Below, in pieces: positions 16,401 to 22,555 of a DNA stretch of 30,245 bases. The translations under genes were made by a program, and so were the position numbers. Position 1 is the stretch's first letter, and every line of letters begins with the position of its first letter. The DNA comes from a bacterium (GTDB lineage: Bacteria; UBP7; UBA6624), in NCBI GenBank assembly GCA_002716355.1, contig PBAU01000006.1:1-30245 (forward strand), read 5' to 3'. Under the pieces are notes generated by a model that saw only the letters and a program-made list of their open reading frames with translations, was not told the DNA's origin and ran no database searches.

Positions 16401-18507
16401 TGATTGTTGGTTGAGTAATCAATGGGCTTCCTGTAACAATTAAACCAGTACCGTTTGAATGGTCTATGTTCAAACCATCAATAACCAATGAAGAACCATT
16501 TGCATCACCATCATTATTCAGGTCGACACCATCCTCCAGCTCTCCAGTAGATTGGATAATTAAACCTGCTTCCAGGGCAGGACTAACTATATCACTAATA
16601 CCACCACCATATCTAATAGTCAAATTTTCCACAAAACCAGTTGAACCAGCCGAGAACTTCAACTGGCCCCAATCCCCAGCGCTAGCACTAGGAGCATTTT
16701 GTGGCTGGCCTGGACAATACCCATTGTCAACGCCAGGTACACCATTGCCAACAGTTACAGGTTCAAAAATAACCCCATTAGAGCCAATTGTCGTCAAGCT
16801 TCCTGTAACATCCACCCCTACAGGAGGAGTTCCTGATGGATCCATAAGCCTAACCCTTAGAGGGTCATTGTTGATATTAGTTGTATCTAAAGTCAAATTG
16901 CCCTTAATCTCAAAATCCTGGTTTAAGAAATAAGGAGAGTTAGCAACATCCCATATTGAATCGCCCAATAAATCCTCTGATACTAAAGTACCGCAGTTCA
17001 GCAATTCAAAATCAACCTCATTTGAATCGAAATTTGTAATTGCAGTATTGGCATAAGCTTTTACCTCAGAAGATCCAGCAATAGGATTGAATGAATTGTT
17101 TCCTCCAACTTTAATGCTAGGTAAATAAGTTGCCTCAGCAACACAAGACCAACCATCTGCATCATTACCATTATTGTCACTACAAGCAACCTGACCATCA
17201 ACATAAAAATCAACTGAAGTTACATTGGAAACAGAAGTGTCAACAACCGCAGAAAAAGTCACACATCTAAAACCATTTGTTACATATTGTCCTGATTGAG
17301 TGTCAAACCATCCTGGTTCACTATCATCAGCAGTTCCCTCTATACAATCAGGACCATAATTAACCAAAACAGGAGCAATAATGTCGTTGTTTTTAGGGGA
17401 GGTTACAAGAACTTGCTTATCAGTGCCTCCACTAGATTCATTATTGATATCAACAGTTCTTGTATCCTGAGCACTTTTAATACCATCAGTAACCTGAGCT
17501 ACTAACTGATAAGTTCCATCGCCTGCTGTTGGATTAACCTGAGTGTCCCAATTTGATTGCCATCTAGAAATGTTCCAAACATCAACACCATCAGAAACAA
17601 CAGAATCCAAAGGATTCTCAAGAACCAAAAGTCCATTTGGAGCATTTGGATCCTGACACTCTAGATCACTAGGCAAGAAATCAAATTTTGTACATTTAAC
17701 AATGCTAGACCTTGGGTCAGAGTCCAAATCTCTAAACTTAACTATCGAACCTTTTGTAAATTGTGCAATTAATGCACCGCTTCCTGAATCGAAACTTTGA
17801 GTTGCATCAACAAGAAAAGTTGTTGTTGTTGCACTACAGTCCCAAGCTTGATTTGGATCACAGATTACAAAAGATTTATGAGAAGATCCCAATTGTTCGG
17901 TTGCAAAAAACTCACTATCAACCGCCAAATTAACATCAGTACAAACACTTGTACCGAAACATCTTTGACCTTCTATTGTTCCACTTACAGAATAAGTTCC
18001 AGCCAAAGGGCTTGGCAAACTGTTGATAGATATAGCCACCCCTACTTCGAAATCTTTTTCCAAGGATTCTGAATTACCAGAACCTTCGCCTACAGCTGTA
18101 ACTTTAATATCTACATCCTGAGACAAAAGAGGAGCATGCCAGTAAACAACAGAACCATTTCCTCCAGAAGTTTCAATATAAGATTGACAATTTGCAATAT
18201 TGGTTACACCTATGCTGTTTCCATACATCAAGAAACCTGGATCTATTGATGCTGAAGAATTTAAGCACCATTGATATGCAATAGCATTATTTGCAGTAGC
18301 ACTGATCTCATATCTTCTACCAGGGGACAAAGACGAACTTGTTGCAATTGTTGGCCCATCTGTCAATTCGACATCAGCAAAATTATTGCCGCCGCCTCCT
18401 CCACCTCCACTACCTGAAGAATTCCCTCCAGAAGAATCATCACCGCCGCTACAAGCGATAGCGCTGAATCCAAAAATAACTAATAAAAATAAAAATCTTT
18501 TGTTCAT
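10483..18507 (-). CDS. Giant (2,674 aa) secreted, probably lipid-anchored, Cys-rich surface protein of unknown function. It has a lipobox signal peptide, a Gly/Ser tether, Ig-like N-terminal domains, six repeated modules and a parallel beta-helix (PbH1-type) core.
   Basis: The ORF is uninterrupted for 8,025 nt. SD GGAGG lies 5 nt upstream of the ATG. The signal MNKRFLFLLVIFGFSAIAC has Cys19 in a lipobox-compatible context and is followed by SGGDDSSGGNSSGSGGGGGGG. PbH1-like turns include ISGNTGGGVLVWHASPSITNTQISNNS, GGWGIYIKAG and NTWRGLAVRN. The G-x-W-x-G...RYGG motifs recur. Confidence 0.85.
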   Translation of the reverse strand: MNKRFLFLLVIFGFSAIACSGGDDSSGGNSSGSGGGGGGGNNFADVELTDGPTIATSSSLSPGRRYEISATANNAIAYQWCLNSSASIDPGFLMYGNSIGVTNIANCQSYIETSGGNGSVVYWHAPLLSQDVDIKVTAVGEGSGNSESLEKDFEVGVAISINSLPSPLAGTYSVSGTIEGQRCFGTSVCTDVNLAVDSEFFATEQLGSSHKSFVICDPNQAWDCSATTTTFLVDATQSFDSGSGALIAQFTKGSIVKFRDLDSDPRSSIVKCTKFDFLPSDLECQDPNAPNGLLVLENPLDSVVSDGVDVWNISRWQSNWDTQVNPTAGDGTYQLVAQVTDGIKSAQDTRTVDINNESSGGTDKQVLVTSPKNNDIIAPVLVNYGPDCIEGTADDSEPGWFDTQSGQYVTNGFRCVTFSAVVDTSVSNVTSVDFYVDGQVACSDNNGNDADGWSCVAEATYLPSIKVGGNNSFNPIAGSSEVKAYANTAITNFDSNEVDFELLNCGTLVSEDLLGDSIWDVANSPYFLNQDFEIKGNLTLDTTNINNDPLRVRLMDPSGTPPVGVDVTGSLTTIGSNGVIFEPVTVGNGVPGVDNGYCPGQPQNAPSASAGDWGQLKFSAGSTGFVENLTIRYGGGISDIVSPALEAGLIIQSTGELEDGVDLNNDGDANGSSLVIDGLNIDHSNGTGLIVTGSPLITQPTINSGDLTVSNSTDFGMIMHPAFSGLKDLNNTGSLPAFSGNEDGDSIQIEGGNIPQALSVLLQDCPNIFTNCPNFWGEVRWPAVVGAYVVDGQITVEAGASLRLEGGTVVKFLTTASGISSSGRLAIGDSQDDTVYLTSYNDDFAGVFNVPGGGIVDCSDVNSSGHPICDTNKDGISTGSPGEWGAVKFDIGSFGYVEGTVLRYGGSDPSLGVVQVQSTSLREGSDQVDCDDPDLQVVSWGDPLDPVSSEEEDLKNNCVVVQNNTIMDAGGYGISITGQPNVYPTVRDNIFTSLSTYPVLQVPSYTGISDIQNDRSDPGFCTGANFPGENPGDPCETNDNKFCDWDEATGQCLATAASDSFYGIRMLLGRVTDNELAMLKPMDRGDHAGDQTVNSPTPMPYVVDQDMSVEEDIDGDGVSGIFSILPGVLVKLDSSGGGISAAGTICIGSYWDETNEQCVIPVQGDPYYLSDGNGNLAEVVFSSISEDDILSEGDTNGDGSSSSAQPGSWRGIEITSTSKKSLINNASIRYAGSGLGSAVKIDGAFARVQDSVIEHSSGYGLQYRGGAPSLLNVTLEDGSIIDDVVRSAVKRNSFFRNQKAPLSIPHFSSLCGRENTVTGVSFLNGCDSVGLDQNRIPAPGDSQFSNTVSAVHIHTLDRTCAPGICSEGEIAELTQPVKWSTMCFSNNNSGSWDPSCGTPNGGPGVIDAANISRVTPYLVDSHITVGNGAELILDYGLVAKFDNQVSGITVNGSLTAAGNPIDNLNNPDVDASDTPRAGFADVVFTSYFDDMTDITSCAGGGCDTDGSGLSEGSRGDWKGVYFVSNEDALSCPDSYPFNHPVAENVSNVEPCGRIFGLGIRYAGAGNRGSTKGDILDQGNIVFDAAESVIVSHLISEDSAENGIVILDNENFTGSFPIIRDSSFNFNSFYPIVADMGIGSDFLINNSYSVNKIPASGTKEYPGFGVRGGQIRNRVVGLDTTWNNNTINIIDNSGNIDVQPMPYVVTDSIRVGDDSAVDNIDVHMKIEAGVVVKMGDPFIYGESDGVDNREVSMIVDGYLQVDGNAVDPVVWTSISDDCNGNVDSLTFSCDAAFLTSFPEAIDTNRNLMSMGPSPSDLSVADESDDNWLRLDGDSDGVYEKSFWGSLALRTRIDADLNNIKVLFGGSNQNSSIFGPSPNQRAGNLTLQGESAPGAQIRISDAEFAYSGGHGIASFKQGGLMDINLHIKEGSNVHHSYARGIHMSETPFKITGSAGNETIVEGNGIRCSNSLIGTPLKPGVTDECDGIFIERTQDPTITGLISKDNGGWGIYIKAGHDGTCSIEQPFPVISSSGLTGTLQVLNNGLGGMRLENTLDFLVDGVEFNNNGYYGKGWDDGHGVDFVMKAIDSCPGGWTANKGEMYNSTMQNNTWRGLAVRNMLNNSGDPRPVLTNNTISGNTGGGVLVWHASPSITNTQISNNSALVLNNEPLPTDCPEITVPAGNPCLEFTQVGHGVYVHVDRPESIPTPLTSFMNPADLVLDGNDSGKISATQPGLSSLTLTDNSPYQMRIPINVEVGDSVANPARAANNQFIKTLSDADPCDGANAPCIRNAVEIYGWVINDSFTDDTATATNDPEAVATTNTYPGQVNPDVLLGVLNGQTGGGGNTNAIPYVITNDILVLPSGSYEEYAQGFGSFSPVYLQIDSTIIKLRDEPENVDWSQGAIDFHNHNLFIADNSFITSIHDPLLGTKIDYPNSNLGLYDEAAGPGDWGAVRFYNRTLDFWESWLNVDTLCAETDVVVPAGTQGGGTGYSEGFGGPLDAQLEQRGAATGACNPFGPWLSHPVNQYEGTTADEDEDCDPICDWYPQTPFSDNPGSSIISRMWNTVLKYGGESSEAMVWIQESSPMLFQVGLEDSITNGMYIDANGSHGPNNISFNGLQACSSQGCQISPGGAGLFFTTFPRIQLAAWQNNLLGVCKFAGGGGTNLIDQAFTICTQN

Positions 18508-18579
18508 AGTTGCCTCCTAGCAAATCAATACAAAATTGTCAAATAAGTATAACCAATTATTGTATACATTAAAAAGATA
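18508..18579 (-). promoter_or_regulatory. 5' region of the giant gene, containing its RBS and candidate sigma70-type promoter elements
   Basis: On the minus strand GGAGG lies at 18517-18513. A perfect TTGACA lies at 18542-18537, but the hexamer at 17-nt spacing is only TAGGAG. The alternative -10 is TATACT at 18551-18546, paired with a poor -35. The RBS is solid and the promoter hexamers are tentative. Confidence 0.3.
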
Positions 18580-18611
18580 AAAGGCAAAAACTTCAACCCT
18601 TTAGGGTTGAA
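18580..18611 (-). terminator. Rho-independent terminator downstream of trpS
   Basis: An 8-bp perfect stem pairs ttcaaccc (18592-18599) with gggttgaa (18604-18611) around a 4-nt loop. On the minus strand it is followed by GTTTTTGCCTTTTATCTTTTT, and it lies 20 nt after the trpS TAG. Confidence 0.6.
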
Positions 18612-18630
18612 CTCAAAAAGATAGAATAAT

Positions 18631-19626
18631 CTAACCTAAACCAACCAATTTTCTTGCAATTTCAACCCTAGGCCTTGCAATGGAAGAAGCTTTTTTTGCA
18701 CCCTCGAATAAAATCTCACGCACCTCTTCCTTCTTTTGAAGCCATTCATTTTTTGATTCTCTTATTGGTTTCAAGTATTCGCACAACTCATTCCCCAAAG
18801 AAACCTTCAAGTCTCCATATCTTAAATTTTGAGAATTGTAGGCATCAAGCATTAAATTATATTGATCCTGATTACAAGCATGAAGCAAGCCCATTAAATT
18901 TTCTATAGAAGGTGACATTTCTTGCTGGTCGTCACCAGTATCTGTAACAGCTTTCTTAACCTTTTTTCTAACAATCCCTTCCTCATCATCGATAAAGACA
19001 GCTCCCTCAGGGTGACTTTTACTCATTTTTGCCGATGGATTCTTGAGATCTAAAATTCTGGGAACCTTAGTGGTTAAAGCCTGAACTTCTTCAAACAAAA
19101 AACCATGAGTTTTATTAAATCTTCTGAGGATTTCTCTTGTTAATTCAAGATGCTGTAGCTGATCCTCTCCAACAGGAACCTTTGAAGCACCATAAAGCAA
19201 AATGTCGGCAGCCTGCAATACAGGATAATTCAAAACACCAAGCCCGACTGTTTCCCTATTTCCACCTTTTTCTTTAAATTGAGTCATCCTTGCAAGTTCT
19301 CCATATCTAGTCAAAGATGCAAAAATCCAATAAAGTTCAAGATGTTCCGGCACATCGCTTTGGACAAATAATATGGATCTGTTTGGATCAATACCACATG
19401 CCAGAAGGTCAATAACTATTGACTCTGTATTGGCTTTGAGCTCTTGTGCGTCAGGAACGGTTGTTAAAGCATGATAATCAACAACACAAAATGCACACTT
19501 GTACCTATTTTGCAAATCTACCCAATTTGTGATTGCTCCAAAAAGATTGCCTAGGTGTAAATTTCCGGTTGGCTGTATTCCTGATAAGACATCAGTCTTT
19601 GGTAAATTTTTTGAATGATTTGTCAT
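18631..19626 (-). CDS. trpS: Tryptophanyl-tRNA synthetase
   Basis: Motifs seen: GIQPTGNLHLGNLFGA (HIGH-type), KMSKS and the 331-aa class Ic architecture. Confidence 0.92.
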   Translation of the reverse strand: MTNHSKNLPKTDVLSGIQPTGNLHLGNLFGAITNWVDLQNRYKCAFCVVDYHALTTVPDAQELKANTESIVIDLLACGIDPNRSILFVQSDVPEHLELYWIFASLTRYGELARMTQFKEKGGNRETVGLGVLNYPVLQAADILLYGASKVPVGEDQLQHLELTREILRRFNKTHGFLFEEVQALTTKVPRILDLKNPSAKMSKSHPEGAVFIDDEEGIVRKKVKKAVTDTGDDQQEMSPSIENLMGLLHACNQDQYNLMLDAYNSQNLRYGDLKVSLGNELCEYLKPIRESKNEWLQKKEEVREILFEGAKKASSIARPRVEIARKLVGLG

Positions 19627-19636
19627 TATGGATATT

Positions 19637-20275
19637 TTATATTACTGAAATACCCAAAATGGAAGTAGCAATGGAATAAGCAATATTGACCGCAAAATCA
19701 ATTGGAGCTCTAAAGAAAAAAATCAACAAAAAAACAAAAGCAAAGCCATACTTGTCTAAAGCAAACCATCTCCAAGCAATTTTCCTTGGGAAGAGAAGCT
19801 GTATTATTCTTGATCCATCCATTGGTGGGACTGGAATAAGATTGAAGCATCCGAGAATCATATTTATCACAGTTAAGTAAATAAAAAATATTCCTAGCAT
19901 ATACAAAAAAGAACCAACCGGCTCTTGCTGCGTTTCAATTAGCCTGAATAAACCGGCAGAAATCAAAGCCAGTACAAAATTAACTAAAGGGCCAGCAAAT
20001 GCAACAATGGCAAAGCCTTTCCTGAAGTTTTTGTAATATCTTGGATTGACAGGAACAGGTTTAGCCCATCCGAAAATAAAAGGGGATCCAGAAAGTATCA
20101 TCAAAGCAGGAAAAAGAGTTCCCAGCAAATCAAGATGCTTAAGTGGATTCAATGTAATTCTGTTTTGTTTAACAGGGGTTGGATCCCCTAATAGCATACT
20201 TGCGACCCCATGAGCCACTTCATGCATGACTAAGCTCGCTATCAATGCTATTATCGGTATAAGCTTTTCAAGCAT
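19637..20275 (-). CDS. Peptidase M50 (site-2 protease family) integral membrane metalloprotease
   Basis: The HEVAHG (HExxH) motif sits in the first TM segment. NLIPVPPMDGSRI matches the N.lP..PLDG motif. There are multiple hydrophobic segments. Confidence 0.75.
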   Translation of the reverse strand: MLEKLIPIIALIASLVMHEVAHGVASMLLGDPTPVKQNRITLNPLKHLDLLGTLFPALMILSGSPFIFGWAKPVPVNPRYYKNFRKGFAIVAFAGPLVNFVLALISAGLFRLIETQQEPVGSFLYMLGIFFIYLTVINMILGCFNLIPVPPMDGSRIIQLLFPRKIAWRWFALDKYGFAFVFLLIFFFRAPIDFAVNIAYSIATSILGISVI

Positions 20276-21446
20276 TTTCTTCCACCCAATTCAAGATACT
20301 ATTTTTATCTGGTTCACAATGGCCTCTAAAGATTGCTTTTCTGGCCTTGGATAAACAATGCCCAATTCTTTTACCTTTCACACCAATAAGCTTTAATTCG
20401 TTTCCATTGGGCAAAATAATCTTTTCCCTTAAATCTAAATATTCCTTTAATTTTGCAGTTGTTAATTTTGCACTTTCATTCATGACTAAATCTATCAAAA
20501 AATCAGACCATGAGCCAATCAAATTATCCATTCTTGACAAATCCCAATTTTGATTAAATTCCGGAAAAGAAGGGGAGATGATCGGCATTATGGCTTTGAT
20601 TTCATTTTTTCTTGCACCAAGTCTAGCCCATGCAAAAGGTGCATCGGGCCCCCTACATGAAGAATAAAAACTCAAAATTGATTCAGAATCAAAACCTTCA
20701 ACCCATTCTCCCTGAAATATATCTTGCAACAAAACCGCTTCCTCAAAAGATGAATCTAAAAATGAAATTCCTTCTTTTACAAGTTTTAAAATTTCATTTC
20801 TCCATCTTTCAGGAGCAACAAATTTTGCAACATCTTTAATCTCTTTCCTGCCAAGCGCCTCCAAGGTTAAACTATCAAGATCGCCTCCATTTAAGAACCT
20901 GTATCTGTAAAGTCTGATTAATCTAGTTGGATCCTCAATGAAACTGCCTGTATGAAAAACCTTCCAGTTTTTATTTTCAAGATCCTTCAAATAAGATATC
21001 GGGATACCTTCAAGCGTTGAAAAAACACCGTCTTGGCAAGAATCAATTGAAGTAGCAATAGCATTAATAGTGAAGTCTCTTCTTTCCAAATCATCATAAA
21101 TAGAAACGCTATCAAATTCACAAAATGGTAATTGCCCCTCATTAACATACTTTTCCTTTCTTGTGGTTGATAAGCCGATACTCAAATCACCCCTTGTAAG
21201 TCTTGCAGTTCTAAAATTTTCAAAATATTCAAAAGAACAATCGTTTTTAAAGATTTCTTCTTTTAACAACTCTGCATTTTGCAATACATTTTTATCTAAA
21301 ACCAAATCAATATCTTTGATGTTTTTTCCCCAATAAACATCTCTCAAGAAACCGCCGACAATCCAACATTTTTGATTTTCAGAAATGTGGTTTATCGCTT
21401 GTAGAAACAACTCAGGAGCTGCTTTCTTTATATCAAATGTAATCAT
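20268..21446 (-). CDS. tRNA nucleotidyltransferase / poly(A) polymerase family protein (CCA-adding-type head domain, no HD domain seen)
   Basis: Motifs seen: WIVGGFLRDVYWGKNIKDIDLVL (GG.RD...D.D) and ERRDFTINAI. It overlaps the M50 gene by 8 nt. Confidence 0.75.
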   Translation of the reverse strand: MITFDIKKAAPELFLQAINHISENQKCWIVGGFLRDVYWGKNIKDIDLVLDKNVLQNAELLKEEIFKNDCSFEYFENFRTARLTRGDLSIGLSTTRKEKYVNEGQLPFCEFDSVSIYDDLERRDFTINAIATSIDSCQDGVFSTLEGIPISYLKDLENKNWKVFHTGSFIEDPTRLIRLYRYRFLNGGDLDSLTLEALGRKEIKDVAKFVAPERWRNEILKLVKEGISFLDSSFEEAVLLQDIFQGEWVEGFDSESILSFYSSCRGPDAPFAWARLGARKNEIKAIMPIISPSFPEFNQNWDLSRMDNLIGSWSDFLIDLVMNESAKLTTAKLKEYLDLREKIILPNGNELKLIGVKGKRIGHCLSKARKAIFRGHCEPDKNSILNWVEENA

Positions 21447-21451
21447 GGTTT

Positions 21452-21910
21452 TTACATATGCTTGAGCTCTGCATTCTTTCTCAATTGACGTAATGCCTCA
21501 TAAGAAGCTACAGAAACGCTCATTGCAAGATTTAAAGATCTTTCATTGGGAATCATGGGTATCCTCACCCTCAAATCAGAATTTTGTTTAACCTCTTCAG
21601 GCAAGCCAATATCCTCTCTACCAAACAATAAAAAATCATTTTTTTGGAAATTTACATCCCATAACGAAGTATCCCCTTTTGTTGTAAAAGCAATCACCCT
21701 CCCATTTAAGTTACCTGGGATTGAATCATGTGTTTCATAATCTAACCTAGGCCAGTAATCCAAACCTGCTCTTTTCAGTTTTGAATCTGACAAGCTAAAA
21801 CCCAAAGGCTCTATTAGATGAAGTTTTATTCCTAGATTGACACATAGCCTACCAATTGATCCAGTATTGCTAGGAATCAATGGTTCGTAAAGGATCAATG
21901 AAAACGACAA
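21452..21910 (-). CDS. trmL: tRNA (cytidine/uridine-2'-O)-methyltransferase TrmL (SpoU/TrmH family)
   Basis: ILYEPLIPSNTGSIGRLCVNLG closely follows the TrmL N-terminus. LFGREDIGLPEEV and SLNLAMSVSVASYEALRQ form the SPOUT knot motifs. The start is TTG at 21910-21908. Confidence 0.85.
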   Translation of the reverse strand: MSFSLILYEPLIPSNTGSIGRLCVNLGIKLHLIEPLGFSLSDSKLKRAGLDYWPRLDYETHDSIPGNLNGRVIAFTTKGDTSLWDVNFQKNDFLLFGREDIGLPEEVKQNSDLRVRIPMIPNERSLNLAMSVSVASYEALRQLRKNAELKHM

Positions 21911-21914
21911 TTTA

Positions 21915-22553
21915 TTATTTATTTTTCCAATTTTTAATTATTTTTTGCTGAACTCTAGATACGCCAAGGCTGCCTTTTGGAACATCTTTTGTAATGACGC
22001 TTCCAGCGGCAATGGTAACATTTTCATTTATGCAAACTGGAGCTATCAAAGACACGTTGCTTCCAATAAAACTATTGCTTCTTATTATTGTTTTATTTTT
22101 ATTCTTTCCATCGAAATTACAAGTTATAGTTCCAGCTCCTATATTTACATTTTCAAATATTTCAGCGTCTCCAATATAGGCAAGATGTGATATCTTTACA
22201 TTGTTTTTAATAATTGACTTTTTAATTTCAACATAATTGCCAATTCTGCAATTTTCACCAATCTCTACTTTATCTCTAATATGAGAATAAGGCCCTATAT
22301 TGCAATTAGACATTATGTTTGAGTTTGAAATAGTTGACCTCAAGACTCTTGTCTTTTCTCCAATATTTGAATTTTGAATATCTGAACCAGGCCCAATTTC
22401 ACATTCTTCCTGTATCTTTGTATCACCTGTTAGGCAAGAGAAAGGATTAATCGTTACCCCTTTACTTATGTCAACACCTTCACCAATGTATACAGATTCA
22501 GGATGTTTAATGATGACACCTTTTTGAATCCAAAAATTAACAAAATTTTTCAA
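21915..22553 (-). CDS. GlmU-type left-handed beta-helix acetyltransferase domain only (212 aa), lacking the N-terminal uridyltransferase domain
   Basis: HLAYIGDAEIFENVNIGAGTITCNFDGKNKNKTIIRSNSFIGSNVSLIAPVCINENVTIAAGSVITKDVP follows, nearly residue by residue, the GlmU C-domain signature as I recall it (HLtYlGDAeIG.nVNIGAGTITCNYDG.nK.kTiIGd.vFvGS...LVAPV). The TTG start lies 2 nt after the upstream OMP stop. Confidence 0.75.
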   Translation of the reverse strand: MKNFVNFWIQKGVIIKHPESVYIGEGVDISKGVTINPFSCLTGDTKIQEECEIGPGSDIQNSNIGEKTRVLRSTISNSNIMSNCNIGPYSHIRDKVEIGENCRIGNYVEIKKSIIKNNVKISHLAYIGDAEIFENVNIGAGTITCNFDGKNKNKTIIRSNSFIGSNVSLIAPVCINENVTIAAGSVITKDVPKGSLGVSRVQQKIIKNWKNK

Positions 22554-22555
22554 AA

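Noticed and set aside
10761-18072. Nine plus-strand ORFs of 69-155 aa lie inside the giant gene (for example 16466-16933 and 16129-16443).
   Set aside because: They are antisense shadows of a long, motif-rich sense ORF. Their translations are low-complexity mirror images (for example NFNWPQSPA opposite AGDWGQLKF). None has an SD or any recognisable motif.
10483-18507. Horizontal acquisition of the giant gene, suggested by its visibly higher G+C than neighbours such as holA.
   Set aside because: The shift tracks amino-acid composition (rich in Gly/Asp/Ser/Thr/Val/Pro, poor in Lys). Conserved genes such as gdhA look similarly less AT-rich. There are no flanking mobility genes, repeats or tRNA.
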